Program-made: the position numbers and the translations under genes
Notes under the pieces: generated by a model
Databases searched by the model: none
What the model was told of the DNA's origin: nothing
The model's input: the letters and a program-made list of their open reading frames with translations, nothing else
DNA from: Clostridia bacterium
Lineage (GTDB): Bacteria > Bacillota > Clostridia > TANB77 > CAG-508
Direction of reading: 5' to 3'
DNA: 64,000 nt
Assembly (NCBI GenBank): GCA_046964515.1
Contig: JBKUYM010000001.1
Span: 202,124 to 266,123 of the forward strand
Part shown: positions 44,887 through 54,982 of the stretch, one piece after another
Layout of the letters: each line of letters begins with the position of its first letter
Numbering within the stretch: the stretch's first letter is position 1

Positions 44887-45783
44887 ATGAAGAAAATTAG
44901 TATTATTATACCAGCTTATAACTCTGGAAAATTTATTGAACATTGTTTAGAAAGTATTGCTAAGCAAGATTATGATAACTACGAAATTATAGTCATCAAT
45001 GATGCATCTACTGATATTACAGGCTATAAGATATGTGATTTTCAGAAGAAACATCCTAACATAACCATGCAAGTTATTTATAATGAACAAAATAAAGGGG
45101 TAGCCGCTTCAAGAAATATAGGATTAAAAAAAGCAACCGGAGAATATTTACTATTTGTAGATTCTGATGATTATTTATATTGTAACGATGCTCTAAGTTC
45201 CATATCAGAAGAGGTAACAAATAACGACGTTGATGTTCTTATTTTTGGTGCAATTATAAATTATACAAATTGTAATGGAACTTCTATTAAAAAGTTTCCC
45301 ATTATACCCAAGAAGAAAGATGCGAGTAAAAAATATCAGGTATCTAAGAAAATCCTTAGATACCTATGGCCACTATGTATAAAAAAAGACTTAATAGAAA
45401 GAAATGGCATAAAATTTCAAGAAGATTTAGATTTATATGAAGATACGATTTTTACCACTCAAGCATTTTCTCATGCTAGAAAAATAAAAGGTTATAAGAA
45501 AATATGCTATAATTATAATAGGAGATTACATAGGCAAAGTCTATCTTCTAATAATGAGGAACCTTATCTTAATAAACTAAATAAATTAGTAAAAGCTACA
45601 AGAAAGACAGATGCGTTAGTTAATACTGGACAAATACCTATAGAACAAATCAAAGATTTTAAGAAAATGAAAAGGCTATTTTTTCCTGGTATAGTGGTAC
45701 TTTCTGCAAATCATTTGCTAAGTAAAGTAGCAGGGAAGTTTGTAGTAAAAGAAGAAGAAAATGATTTTGATAGAGAATTGTAA
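44887..45783 (+). CDS. Family 2 glycosyltransferase
   Basis: ISIIIPAYNSGKFIEHCLESIAKQDYDNYEIIVINDASTD and a DxD (VDSDD) motif. Confidence 0.8.
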   Translation: MKKISIIIPAYNSGKFIEHCLESIAKQDYDNYEIIVINDASTDITGYKICDFQKKHPNITMQVIYNEQNKGVAASRNIGLKKATGEYLLFVDSDDYLYCNDALSSISEEVTNNDVDVLIFGAIINYTNCNGTSIKKFPIIPKKKDASKKYQVSKKILRYLWPLCIKKDLIERNGIKFQEDLDLYEDTIFTTQAFSHARKIKGYKKICYNYNRRLHRQSLSSNNEEPYLNKLNKLVKATRKTDALVNTGQIPIEQIKDFKKMKRLFFPGIVVLSANHLLSKVAGKFVVKEEENDFDREL

Positions 45784-45854
45784 AAAGAAAAATTCGATTG
45801 TTAAAATTGTAATAGAAACCTGTTCGTGTTTTTGGAAACATCGTTTATCATAAC

Positions 45855-45890
45855 AAAAAAGTACCACTTTTTATCCGTGGTACTTTTTAT
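45855..45890. terminator. Bidirectional rho-independent terminator
   Basis: AAAAGTACCAC-TTTTTATCC-GTGGTACTTTT. Confidence 0.5.
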
Positions 45891-45894
45891 TTCT

Positions 45895-47298
45895 TTAAGC
45901 TTTCCAAAAAGCTTGATAGCCTCTATATGCTTCATAAATATCAAATTTACTAGTTACTTCATAAGGTGCATGCATTGAAAGTACGGGAACGCCACAGTCT
46001 ATTACATCTACCCCTTTATTGGCTAAAATATAGGCTATGGTTCCACCACCACCAACATCTACTCTTCCTAACTCTACAATTTCATATTCTACATTCGCTT
46101 CTTCAAATATATGACGAATCATAGCTACAAATTCTGCATTGGCATCTGAGGCTCCTGATTTTCCTTTAGAACCAGTATATTTATTTAATCCTATACCTCT
46201 TCCTAAATAGCCCGCATTATATTTTTCATAAGCTGCTCCATAAATAGGATCATATCCTGCATCCACATCTGCAGATAACATTTTAGAATTACAAAAAATA
46301 TGATCTAATAAATTTGGTCGGTTAATACCTAACTTATTTAAAATCTCTGATAGAAAAGTATCAAATACATGAGATTCCATACCTGTATTTCCTACACTTC
46401 CTATTTCTTCTTTATCCGATATAATGCATACCGCTGTTGTTTTTGGTTTATCCAATGATAATAAAGCACTTAATGCTGTATAAACACACACTTTATCATC
46501 TTGTCCATAGCCAGCTACCATACTCTGATCAAAACCTAATGTTCTAGCACGAAAGGCTGGTACTAATTCAATTTCAGAGCTTATAAAATCAACTTCTGTA
46601 ATACCATATTTTTCATTTAAAATAGAAAGGATATTTAGCTTAACCGCTTCTGCTACATTTTCTCCTTTATATGGCATACTACCTATTAATAAATTTAAAT
46701 CTTCGCCTTTAATTCCATCTTTTAATTTTTTCTCCATTTGCTCTTGCGCTAAATGTGGAAGCAAATCTGTAATAGTAAAGATTGGATCTTTTTCCTCTTC
46801 CCCTATACAAATTTCTATTTTTTCTCCGTTTGGTTTAACTATCACGCCATGTATAGCAAGTGGAATTGTTGTCCATTGATATTTTTTTATACCTCCATAA
46901 TAATGTGTTTTAAAAAATGCAAATCCACCTTCTTCATATAAAGGATTTGGCTTTAAATCTAACCTTGGTGAATCTCCATGTGCACCTATAATATTAATTC
47001 CCTTTTCTATAGTATCTTCTCCAATAATAGCTAAATATAAACTTTTGCCTCTATTATTATAATAAATTTTATCTCCAACTTGTAAATGTTCTACTTGTGC
47101 TATATTCTTAAATCCTTTTTCTTCAGCCATTGCTTTTGCTGTGTTTACGATTTCTCTTTCTGTTTTAGATTTATTCAAAAATGTCATATAGGTTTCAGCA
47201 TAAGCAAATATCTCTTGTTTTTTTTCTTCTTTTAAGTTCTCCCATCCACTTTTTGTTTTTCTAAAAAGTTTCTCTTTCAATTCTTCTGTCTGTGTCAT
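45895..47298 (-). CDS. M18 family aminopeptidase
   Basis: 467 aa; GAHGDSPRLDLKP and downstream Zn-binding regions typical of aminopeptidase I/M18. Confidence 0.75.
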   Translation of the reverse strand: MTQTEELKEKLFRKTKSGWENLKEEKKQEIFAYAETYMTFLNKSKTEREIVNTAKAMAEEKGFKNIAQVEHLQVGDKIYYNNRGKSLYLAIIGEDTIEKGINIIGAHGDSPRLDLKPNPLYEEGGFAFFKTHYYGGIKKYQWTTIPLAIHGVIVKPNGEKIEICIGEEEKDPIFTITDLLPHLAQEQMEKKLKDGIKGEDLNLLIGSMPYKGENVAEAVKLNILSILNEKYGITEVDFISSEIELVPAFRARTLGFDQSMVAGYGQDDKVCVYTALSALLSLDKPKTTAVCIISDKEEIGSVGNTGMESHVFDTFLSEILNKLGINRPNLLDHIFCNSKMLSADVDAGYDPIYGAAYEKYNAGYLGRGIGLNKYTGSKGKSGASDANAEFVAMIRHIFEEANVEYEIVELGRVDVGGGGTIAYILANKGVDVIDCGVPVLSMHAPYEVTSKFDIYEAYRGYQAFWKA

Positions 47299-47589
47299 TT
47301 TATCATCCTTTCTTTGCCCTTTTAGGCTCTTTTGTTTTACTTATTATATCATGTAAATTTTTAGAAGTAAAGAAATTACTTTTTACTATTCTATACAATT
47401 TTTTCGATATTATTAGTTGATTTTTCTTTCTTAAAACCGTATTAAAAATAAGCAATCATATCTTGTAAAATATTTTCATATAAATGTAAAAATATTCTTT
47501 ACAAATATGCTACTTTATTGTTTAATATAATAGAGAATATTGTATTTTTTTGTAGAAAAAATACAATAAAATAAATTTTGGAGATTGTT

Positions 47590-49515
47590 ATGAGCAAGAA
47601 TAAAAAAAATAAAAAACAAAATATGGCAATAAATAGCCAAGCAATGGAAAAGTCAATAGAAGAAAAAAATACTACTTCTGCTATTTTAGCTAAACCTCCT
47701 GTCGATTTGGAAATCAAAATACCTGAAGAGGAGTCTAAAGAAGAAGAAAGTGTAACTACCATTGTTTCCAAAGATATGAATGATATTACAGATGCTACTT
47801 CTGAGGCAATGGATGAAGTAAATAGTGTTATTTATACTCAAAATCCTCCTCCAACTTCTGAAGTTAAAACTATACGTCATTTAGATCTTCCCCCAGAATC
47901 TGTTAAAAATACTGCTACTGATACGCCTTCTATAGAAACAGAATCTAATGCTTATACAATGGTAAAAGAAACAAAATCACATAGAAAGGCTCTTGTTATC
48001 CTGCTAGTTTGTATATTTTTAGTATTATTACTTCTTTTATTTTCGACTATTTTTGCCCTTTGTCATATACAAAATAATACTTTGATTTCTGGAATTTCTA
48101 TTAATGGCGTAGATGTTTCAAAATTGAGTAAAGAAGATGCTATCCAAAAGGTTTCTTCTGCTATTTACGAAAAATTAGGAAAACCTATTACTCTAAAACA
48201 TGGCGATTTTGAAACGACTGTTTTTGCAGAACAATTTGATGTAACCTTTGATGCTGCTAAAGCGGTAGATTTGGCATATAAAATTGGTAGAGATGGTAAT
48301 ATTTTTCAAAATAATTTTACTATTTTAGCTGCTTTATTTACTAAAACAGATATTGGTCCTAATTTTTCCTATAGTGACGAGACTTTAGATTCTCTTATTA
48401 AAGAAATCGAAACCAATTTACCAGATCGTATGGTTGAACCTAGTTATTATATAGATGGTAACCACTTAATTATCACCCGTGGAATAAATGGTGTTGCAAT
48501 TGATAATGCACAATTAAAAGCGCAAATTATCTATTGCTTAAATAATTTGGATTGTACCGATTTTATTGAAATTCCTGTTGTCTCTAAAACAGCACAGTCT
48601 ATTGATATAAATACCATTCATTCTGAGATTTACAAAGCTGCTCAAGATGCTTATTATACAACAAATCCTTATGTAGTACATCCTCATGTTAATGGCATTG
48701 ATTTTGCCATTACTATAGAAGAAGCAGTTGCTATGTTAGCTGAAGAGAAAGATTCTTATACAATTCCATTAAAAGTGTTATCTCCTAAGGTAACCACTAA
48801 TCAAATTGGTACAGAGGCTTTTCCTAATTTATTAGGTAGTTATTCTACAACTTACAGTACTAGCAATGCTAATAGAAGTACGAACATTCGACTTGCTGCC
48901 TCTAAAATTAATGGAATTGTTATTATGCCTGGTGAGACTTTTTCATATAACCAAGTAGTTGGAAAAAGAACGGCTGCTGCTGGATTTAAGTCTGCTGCAG
49001 TTTACTCTAACGGAGAAGTTACTACTGGTATTGGTGGTGGTATTTGTCAAGTTTCTTCTACACTTTATAATGCTGTACTATATGCTAATTTAGAAATTGT
49101 AGAAAGAACAAATCATGGTTTTAATCCTGGATATGTAAGTGCTGGAAGAGATGCCACGGTTTCTTGGGGTGGCCCAGATTTTAAATTTAAAAATAATCGA
49201 AATTATGCCATTAAAATTGTATGTTCTGGTTCTGGTGGTAAAATTTATTTTCAAATCTTCGGATTAAAAACAGATGATGACTATGAAGTAGAAATTCAAT
49301 CCTCTGTTGTCCAAAGTATTGCCTATAAGACAGTTTACCAAAATGATAGTAGTCTAGCAAAAGGAAAAACAAAAGTTATTCAAAGTGGTTCTAATGGTTG
49401 TAAGTCTGAAGCTTACAAAATATTAAAGAAAAATGGTAAAGTAATTTCCAAAACTTTATTATCTAGAGATACTTATAATCCTCATAATAAAATTGTAGCT
49501 GTAGGAACAAAATAA
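47590..49515 (+). CDS. VanW family protein with N-terminal TM and C-terminal G5 domain
   Basis: VanW core (GETFSYNQVVGKRTAAAGFK...GGGICQVSSTLYNA); C-terminal G5-like KTVYQNDSSLAKGKTKVIQSGSNG. The ORF track starts at a TTG 12 nt upstream. Confidence 0.8.
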   Translation: MSKNKKNKKQNMAINSQAMEKSIEEKNTTSAILAKPPVDLEIKIPEEESKEEESVTTIVSKDMNDITDATSEAMDEVNSVIYTQNPPPTSEVKTIRHLDLPPESVKNTATDTPSIETESNAYTMVKETKSHRKALVILLVCIFLVLLLLLFSTIFALCHIQNNTLISGISINGVDVSKLSKEDAIQKVSSAIYEKLGKPITLKHGDFETTVFAEQFDVTFDAAKAVDLAYKIGRDGNIFQNNFTILAALFTKTDIGPNFSYSDETLDSLIKEIETNLPDRMVEPSYYIDGNHLIITRGINGVAIDNAQLKAQIIYCLNNLDCTDFIEIPVVSKTAQSIDINTIHSEIYKAAQDAYYTTNPYVVHPHVNGIDFAITIEEAVAMLAEEKDSYTIPLKVLSPKVTTNQIGTEAFPNLLGSYSTTYSTSNANRSTNIRLAASKINGIVIMPGETFSYNQVVGKRTAAAGFKSAAVYSNGEVTTGIGGGICQVSSTLYNAVLYANLEIVERTNHGFNPGYVSAGRDATVSWGGPDFKFKNNRNYAIKIVCSGSGGKIYFQIFGLKTDDDYEVEIQSSVVQSIAYKTVYQNDSSLAKGKTKVIQSGSNGCKSEAYKILKKNGKVISKTLLSRDTYNPHNKIVAVGTK

Positions 49516-49532
49516 TTTCTGTGTTTATAAAA

Positions 49533-49566
49533 AATTTCTCTACTTAAAATAGAGAAATTTTTTTAT
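49533..49566 (+). terminator. Rho-independent terminator after vanW
   Basis: AATTTCTCTA-CTTAAAA-TAGAGAAATT followed by TTTTTT. Confidence 0.55.
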
Positions 49567-49647
49567 ATTATTTTTTATTTACATAACATTTACTATGTCG
49601 TTTTTTTATGTTATAATGTTACTAATTAATTATAGGAGGTAAAATAA

Positions 49648-51687
49648 ATGTTAACGAAAACAAATGCAATTGACAGGTTATTACGAGAACGGCCACAATT
49701 AGGCAAAAGGCGGTTTGGTTTACCAGACATAGGTACACGACATGATGGTGAGGGTTTTAATCCCACCGTCCAAACAATTGCTAATGCAATTGACTTTTAT
49801 GGATATTCTGTCCGAGATGAAGCTATTGTAGAAATACCTGATACAGATTTAGGTAGTGGAAATCCTGTACAGTTTAAGCCATTTCCACCTGCAATAGAAG
49901 CTATGAAACATTCCTTAGATAATGATTGGATGTATCGCTACCCTTATACAGAAGGTGATGACAAAATAAGGCAGCAGTTGCTTGATTATGTGGAACGAGA
50001 AGGCTTTGTAAACATTGAACCTTATAACTTTAAGGACATTGATGAAAAAGGTCTTTGTGTTCACAATATCACCTTTTCCACTTCTACATCTGTACTTTTC
50101 AATCAAATCATTAATATTATTTCTAATCCTGGAGATGTTATTTTAGTAACCGCTCCCAACTATGGGCTATTCACGATTAGAGCAGAGCGAGCTGGTGCAG
50201 AAGTAGAAGTACTAAATTTAGAAAAGGAGGATAGTTTCCTAATTAATCCTGAAAAACTTGCAAGGCGAATTGACCAGATTAATGAAAGTTTGCAACAAGT
50301 GTACAATCGTCGGAAAGGTTATGTTCCAAGAGTGGTAGCATTTTTAAATGCTAACCCCAATAACCCGACCGGAAAAGTAATGGGAAAAAAGGAATATACT
50401 CTTTTATATGACATTGCAAAAACTTGCAAAGAACGCGGTGTTTTTGTGATTGACGATTTGGTATATCGCGATATCTCTTATGATGAAGAAGATATTGCAA
50501 TGCCTATTTCCACTATTCCTGGAATGTTCAGAAACACAATTTCTCTTTTTGGACTTTCTAAGAGCTATTCAATGGCTGCGTTAAGAGCTGGATTTGTAGT
50601 TGCTGATGAAATAATCATACGAGAACTTGTCAATAGAATTTTTCAGGAAATGGACTCTTCTCCGGATATTATCGGAAAAGCACTTGCTGGGGCCTTTAAT
50701 GCTACTGACAAAAGATACCAGATTTATAATTCTTACTTTAAAGAGTTAAGAGAACTTTATTTATACAAATTCAATTTACTTAAATCTCTTGTCTCTGGAA
50801 TCGATACTGTTGAATGTAGATTTAAAGATCGCATCGAAAAAGCAGTAACGGATATTTTAGGCTCTTTAAATGCAAAAAAGGCATTATCTGGTATTCCCTT
50901 AATTGATTTTCCCGAAAATTTGGTACCGGAATCAGGCTTCTTTGCTATTTTGGATTTCACTAAAATAAAAGGCATGAAATATAAAAAAAGAGCCATTAGA
51001 ACGGATGAAGATTTGCTTAAGTTTTTTTATGGTACTTCAAGGATAAGGTTTCTAGTCGGTCAGTCTATTTCTTGGCCTTATGAGGATGAACTTGTTGGTA
51101 GAGTTTCTTTTGCCGTTGAAGATGAAAAATTGATAAAATCCATTTTTCAGATGCATAATGTTCTTCTTATGCTTGAGCCTAAAGATGATTATATCATTCG
51201 TAAAAATCTATATCAGGATCAAGAACAGATGGCAAGAATAAAAGTGGATGGCTGGAAAAATGCGTATGATGCGATTATCTCTTCTACCTATCTCAATTCC
51301 TTGAATTACGAAGAACAAACCAAACGTTATCAAGCTAGTTTTGATGAATATAAGGATTTGGTATTTGTTGCCGTAAGAAAAAATGAAGTCCTTGGCTTTG
51401 CTTGTTTTAATACGGTTTGTAATGCGGATTTATTTGATTCTGAACTAGTTAGTTTGTATATCAAACCAACAGAAATTCGCAAAGGCATCGGCACAAGTTT
51501 ATTTCAGGAAACTTGCAAACAACTAGCTTCTCTGGGTAAGAAAAATATGATTGTCTGGTGTCTTAGTGACAACAAAAAAGCCATCAAATTTTACAAATCT
51601 CTTGGTGGCCAAATTGTGAAGAAAAAAGAAGCTCGTATTGGTGATGCTTGTTATAAAGAATTTTGTTTTTATTTTCATTTGAAGTAA
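49648..51687 (+). CDS. PLP-dependent class I/II aminotransferase fused to a C-terminal GNAT acetyltransferase domain
   Basis: NANPNNPTGKVM and SKSYSMAALRAGF (PLP lysine) motifs in the N-terminal 480 aa; C-terminal GNAT core LVSLYIKPTEIRKGIGTSLF. Strong RBS AGGAGGT. The gene uses CGN Arg codons (3 in-frame CGG), unlike neighbouring genes. Confidence 0.8.
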   Translation: MLTKTNAIDRLLRERPQLGKRRFGLPDIGTRHDGEGFNPTVQTIANAIDFYGYSVRDEAIVEIPDTDLGSGNPVQFKPFPPAIEAMKHSLDNDWMYRYPYTEGDDKIRQQLLDYVEREGFVNIEPYNFKDIDEKGLCVHNITFSTSTSVLFNQIINIISNPGDVILVTAPNYGLFTIRAERAGAEVEVLNLEKEDSFLINPEKLARRIDQINESLQQVYNRRKGYVPRVVAFLNANPNNPTGKVMGKKEYTLLYDIAKTCKERGVFVIDDLVYRDISYDEEDIAMPISTIPGMFRNTISLFGLSKSYSMAALRAGFVVADEIIIRELVNRIFQEMDSSPDIIGKALAGAFNATDKRYQIYNSYFKELRELYLYKFNLLKSLVSGIDTVECRFKDRIEKAVTDILGSLNAKKALSGIPLIDFPENLVPESGFFAILDFTKIKGMKYKKRAIRTDEDLLKFFYGTSRIRFLVGQSISWPYEDELVGRVSFAVEDEKLIKSIFQMHNVLLMLEPKDDYIIRKNLYQDQEQMARIKVDGWKNAYDAIISSTYLNSLNYEEQTKRYQASFDEYKDLVFVAVRKNEVLGFACFNTVCNADLFDSELVSLYIKPTEIRKGIGTSLFQETCKQLASLGKKNMIVWCLSDNKKAIKFYKSLGGQIVKKKEARIGDACYKEFCFYFHLK

Positions 51688-51715
51688 TTTGGTTAACTAT
51701 TATTTTGATTTACCA

Positions 51716-51760
51716 AAAGGAACAGTCGTAATTTGACTGTTCCTTAATGTTAATTTTTTA
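51716..51760 (+). terminator. Rho-independent terminator
   Basis: AAGGAACAGTC-GTAATTT-GACTGTTCCTT hairpin with an A/T-rich tail. Confidence 0.5.
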
Positions 51761-51822
51761 CTAGTCAACGGAAGTAGTTATCTACTACTTTTTGACTCTT
51801 TTAACGATTGATACAAAATCCA

Positions 51823-52653
51823 TCAATATTTTTCTTTGTATTTAAATAATACAGAAGGTCTATGCCCTTTACCTGTTAACATTTTATCAGTTTTCTCAAC
51901 TTTATTTGCAATAATTCTTCTAAAAGCAGGTGCTAATAATTTTTCTCCTAAAATTACTTCATAAACATCTTGAAGTTCACTTAAAGTAAAATATTTAGGC
52001 ATCATATTGAATACAATATCCGTATAATTCATCTTATTACGTATTCGTTCAATTCCAGTTAAAATAATCTTTGGATGGTCAAAGGCAATACTTTTGTTTT
52101 CTAAAATTAAAAGAGCATATTGGTTAGTCGTTTTTTGTATTATATTTTTTTTAACAGAAAATTTGATTGTTTCATTACTATTATTCAAAGTAATATTTAC
52201 CATATTGCCTATTTCTTTAAATTCAATAATATCAAACCAAGAGGCATTTTTTTTCAGTTTATGGGTTAATCTATTTTTATCAACCAATGCAACATATGCA
52301 GTCGAAACAACACGAGTTCTGGGATCTCTTTTTATATCATCAAAGGTGTATAATTGTTCTAGATAAATATCCGATAAATTAGTTTCTTTTTTTAAAACTC
52401 TTTTTGCACATTCATCTAGAGTTTCATTTTTAGGACTTAAAAATCCTCCAGGCAAACACCATTTATCTTTAAATGGAAAGTCATTTCTCTTAACAAGTAA
52501 AATACTTATCATCTTTTTACTTGTCTTTCTATAATTTATTGACTCTTTATTTGATACACTAACTAATAGTATATCAGATGTCATACTCAATCTATCAAAT
52601 TCTGTCACATCATAATTTTCTAAAAATTCTTTTTCATTATTATACTTTTCCAT
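51823..52653 (-). CDS. NrtR-like regulator (Nudix domain plus C-terminal winged helix)
   Basis: Nudix box LPGGFLSPKNETLDECAKRVLKKETNL. C-terminus FDHPKIILTGIERIRNKMNYTDIVFNMMPKYFTLSELQDVYEVILGEKLLAPAFRRII...GKGHRPSVLFKYK closely follows the NrtR wHTH consensus. Divergent from the rSAM operon. Confidence 0.7.
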   Translation of the reverse strand: MEKYNNEKEFLENYDVTEFDRLSMTSDILLVSVSNKESINYRKTSKKMISILLVKRNDFPFKDKWCLPGGFLSPKNETLDECAKRVLKKETNLSDIYLEQLYTFDDIKRDPRTRVVSTAYVALVDKNRLTHKLKKNASWFDIIEFKEIGNMVNITLNNSNETIKFSVKKNIIQKTTNQYALLILENKSIAFDHPKIILTGIERIRNKMNYTDIVFNMMPKYFTLSELQDVYEVILGEKLLAPAFRRIIANKVEKTDKMLTGKGHRPSVLFKYKEKY

Positions 52654-52751
52654 AACCACTCCTTTTTATCAATTACTTATTAACATTATATTAAAAAGTA
52701 AAAGAATAAGTCAAGTTTAATAAAGTTATTTATTTAATTTTCAAAAAACTC

Positions 52752-52791
52752 TTGACAAATGTATTTGTTTTTAATATATTGTTAATAACAA
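52752..52791 (+). promoter_or_regulatory. Sigma-A type promoter (TTGACA-17-TATATT) with overlapping 13-bp palindrome TTGTTAATAACAA (candidate operator)
   Basis: TTGACA at 52752-52757, 17-nt spacer, TATATT at 52775-52780; palindrome 52779-52791 overlaps the -10/+1; followed by RBS AAGAGGTG and the rSAM start. Confidence 0.45.
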
Positions 52792-52822
52792 AATGTTAAT
52801 ATGTAAAAAAGAGGTGTTGTTT

Positions 52823-53722
52823 ATGAATAGTAAAGAAAAAATAACATTAAAACCATCACAAAATAGTATTTGTGGAAATAGCCATAATTTACTAAATATT
52901 AAATTACTAAATAGCTGTAACGGTAAGTGTGACTTTTGTATTGCAGCTGGAACACCATTTAAGAAATCTGCAAATGCTCAAAAATTTATTGATACTGCTA
53001 TTTCAATGACAAAATTTTCAAAAGTTGACGTTTTAGGTGGAGAACCAACTTTATATCCTAATCTACTACAAGTATTAAAAGGAATTAGACCATACAAAAA
53101 GGATATTGGTATCATAAGCAATGGATCTAATTTAAAAATAATTAAAGAATGTATACCATACTTAGACACTGTAACATTAAGTATTCATTCATTTGATTAT
53201 AATAAAAATTCAACAGGTATATCTATTAATGAAAAAGAACTAAAAGATTTAAACAAAAATAAAGGAAAATCTGAAATTATAGCTGCTGTAGTTGTAACAG
53301 ACAAAACCGTTTCTAATTTAAAGGAAATAGAATCTTATGCTCAAAAAGCTAAAAAGTTAGGTTTTTCAGCAATTAAATTAATGGAATTAGTTACATCAAA
53401 TGAAAATGTAAATTTTATCGATTTACAAGATTTATTAATAAATTTTGGCATTCACCAGAAAAATGCTACATTAAAAGGATGTTTCTTTGAACTACCAGAA
53501 TTATCAAAATATTTAAAAATAAAAACTTATATTAAACTATGTTGTCCATATAATAATGTATTTAAAGCCAAAAATTTTGGAATACCCAATATTGAATATC
53601 AACCCGATTATATGAATGTCATTCAACCTGATTGTTCTGTAACAGATAGTTGGATATATGATTCGTTTGATAATAAAGTTTTGAATGGAGATGATTTAAA
53701 TGTCAATTACCTTAAGAAATAA
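52823..53722 (+). CDS. Radical SAM enzyme, MoaA/viperin-like core without SPASM domain (paralogue 1)
   Basis: CNGKCDFC (CX3CX2C) at residues about 30-37, GGEPTL SAM-binding motif, ISNGS, SxHSFD; four extra C-terminal Cys (GC, CC, DC). About 300 aa. The ORF track starts 30 nt upstream. Confidence 0.8.
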   Translation: MNSKEKITLKPSQNSICGNSHNLLNIKLLNSCNGKCDFCIAAGTPFKKSANAQKFIDTAISMTKFSKVDVLGGEPTLYPNLLQVLKGIRPYKKDIGIISNGSNLKIIKECIPYLDTVTLSIHSFDYNKNSTGISINEKELKDLNKNKGKSEIIAAVVVTDKTVSNLKEIESYAQKAKKLGFSAIKLMELVTSNENVNFIDLQDLLINFGIHQKNATLKGCFFELPELSKYLKIKTYIKLCCPYNNVFKAKNFGIPNIEYQPDYMNVIQPDCSVTDSWIYDSFDNKVLNGDDLNVNYLKK

Positions 53723-54572
53723 AGAAAATTATTGTATGGGAAGAATGGGACCAAGATTATGTATTCAAACGACTACTGCTTGCAATGGTAAATGTTATTT
53801 TTGTGTTGGAAGATTTAATAAGCCTTCTAAAACAAATGTAGATAAAATTATTAAAAATGCTATTGCATTAGATAAATATCCAGATGTTCTCCTATTAGGT
53901 GGAGAATCCACCTTATTTCCAAATGATTTAATTAAAATTATTAATGCTATTGCACCATATAAAAGAAAAATTACTATTAATACGAATGGCTATAATTTAG
54001 AGTGTTTATTACCAGTTATAACAAAACTAGATAAAATAATTGTTTCTGTTATGGGTAATGAAAAAATAAATAGTGATATTGTTGGCGTTACTCCTGAACT
54101 AGATAAAATAAAAGAATTTCATAAGTTAAATCCAAAACTTAAGTTAAGAGTCAATTGTGTTGTTAATAAGAGAGGAATTGATTCTTTTGATAAAATGGAA
54201 GAATTTGCTTTAGGAATGAAAAAATTAGGTTTTACTTCCATAAAGTTTTCAGAAATGTCAACTGATGACCCTAACGATCTAAATTTTATCGATTTGCAAA
54301 AATTGCTAAAACCTTATTGTAACGATGTTCACCAAAAGGATACTTTACAATGTGGATGCTATTTAGAACCAAAATCTCTTGAAAAAAGATTTGGAATAAA
54401 AACTATTTTAAATTTAACATGCCATTTAAAAACTCCAATTAAGCAATCACATTTTCAATCACTAAATTATGAGCCAATGTGTTTTGATAGCATATATATT
54501 TCCCCTGATGGAAGTATTCATAAAAGAATAGTTGCATCGCAAGATATAGCAAATGATCGTGGAGCGTGTTAA
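53700..54572 (+). CDS. Radical SAM enzyme, paralogue 2 of the upstream gene
   Basis: CNGKCYFC, GGESTL, NTNG; shares KKLGF(S/T)xIK...NFIDLQ(D/K)LL block with paralogue 1; four C-terminal Cys (CGC, C, C). 23-nt overlap with the upstream gene; RBS GGAGATGA. Confidence 0.8.
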   Translation: MSITLRNKENYCMGRMGPRLCIQTTTACNGKCYFCVGRFNKPSKTNVDKIIKNAIALDKYPDVLLLGGESTLFPNDLIKIINAIAPYKRKITINTNGYNLECLLPVITKLDKIIVSVMGNEKINSDIVGVTPELDKIKEFHKLNPKLKLRVNCVVNKRGIDSFDKMEEFALGMKKLGFTSIKFSEMSTDDPNDLNFIDLQKLLKPYCNDVHQKDTLQCGCYLEPKSLEKRFGIKTILNLTCHLKTPIKQSHFQSLNYEPMCFDSIYISPDGSIHKRIVASQDIANDRGAC

Positions 54573-54982
54573 AAGGCTTAATATATAAATTAACTCAAAT
54601 CGAATGATTTATAATTGAATTTTCTAAAATTTATCTGTTTCTATGATTCCTCATTTTAAACTAAAACAACCTCTATTTTATCAATATATTCATTATAAGT
54701 TCTACTTGCTCTTTCTTTGTAACTTTAAAATGATTTTTTACAAAAGAAAAAATCAACCACTTCTGATTGATTTTCATATCTATCTGTTCAATTTAGCCCG
54801 AACAGATTCGTTTTTGGTTAGAGTATCCTTATGGAATTTTTTTTAAAGCTGATAAATCAATAATTACACGGCACATTAAAAAGTATATTTACAATATTTT
54901 TTATTAAAAACTGTATGCGAGTAGACTTTTTAACTAATTATTGATATCATTCTATTAATAATTATAAAGGAGAAATGTAATT

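Noticed and set aside
49690-50315. CGG as a universal +1 frameshift or unassigned codon
   Set aside because: In-frame CGG codons at about 49690, 49711 and 50311 in the aminotransferase gene are read through into conserved sequence (the third immediately precedes NPNNPTG). CGG is therefore decoded as Arg at least there. The frameshift pattern is kept as a finding but not as a general recoding rule.
54643-54846. 67-aa ORF between the second rSAM gene and the GNAT gene as a candidate RiPP precursor
   Set aside because: There is no Shine-Dalgarno. The product is hydrophobic and low-complexity with no Cys/Ser/Thr-rich core, and the region instead contains two hairpins (terminator-like). It is unlikely to be a precursor peptide.
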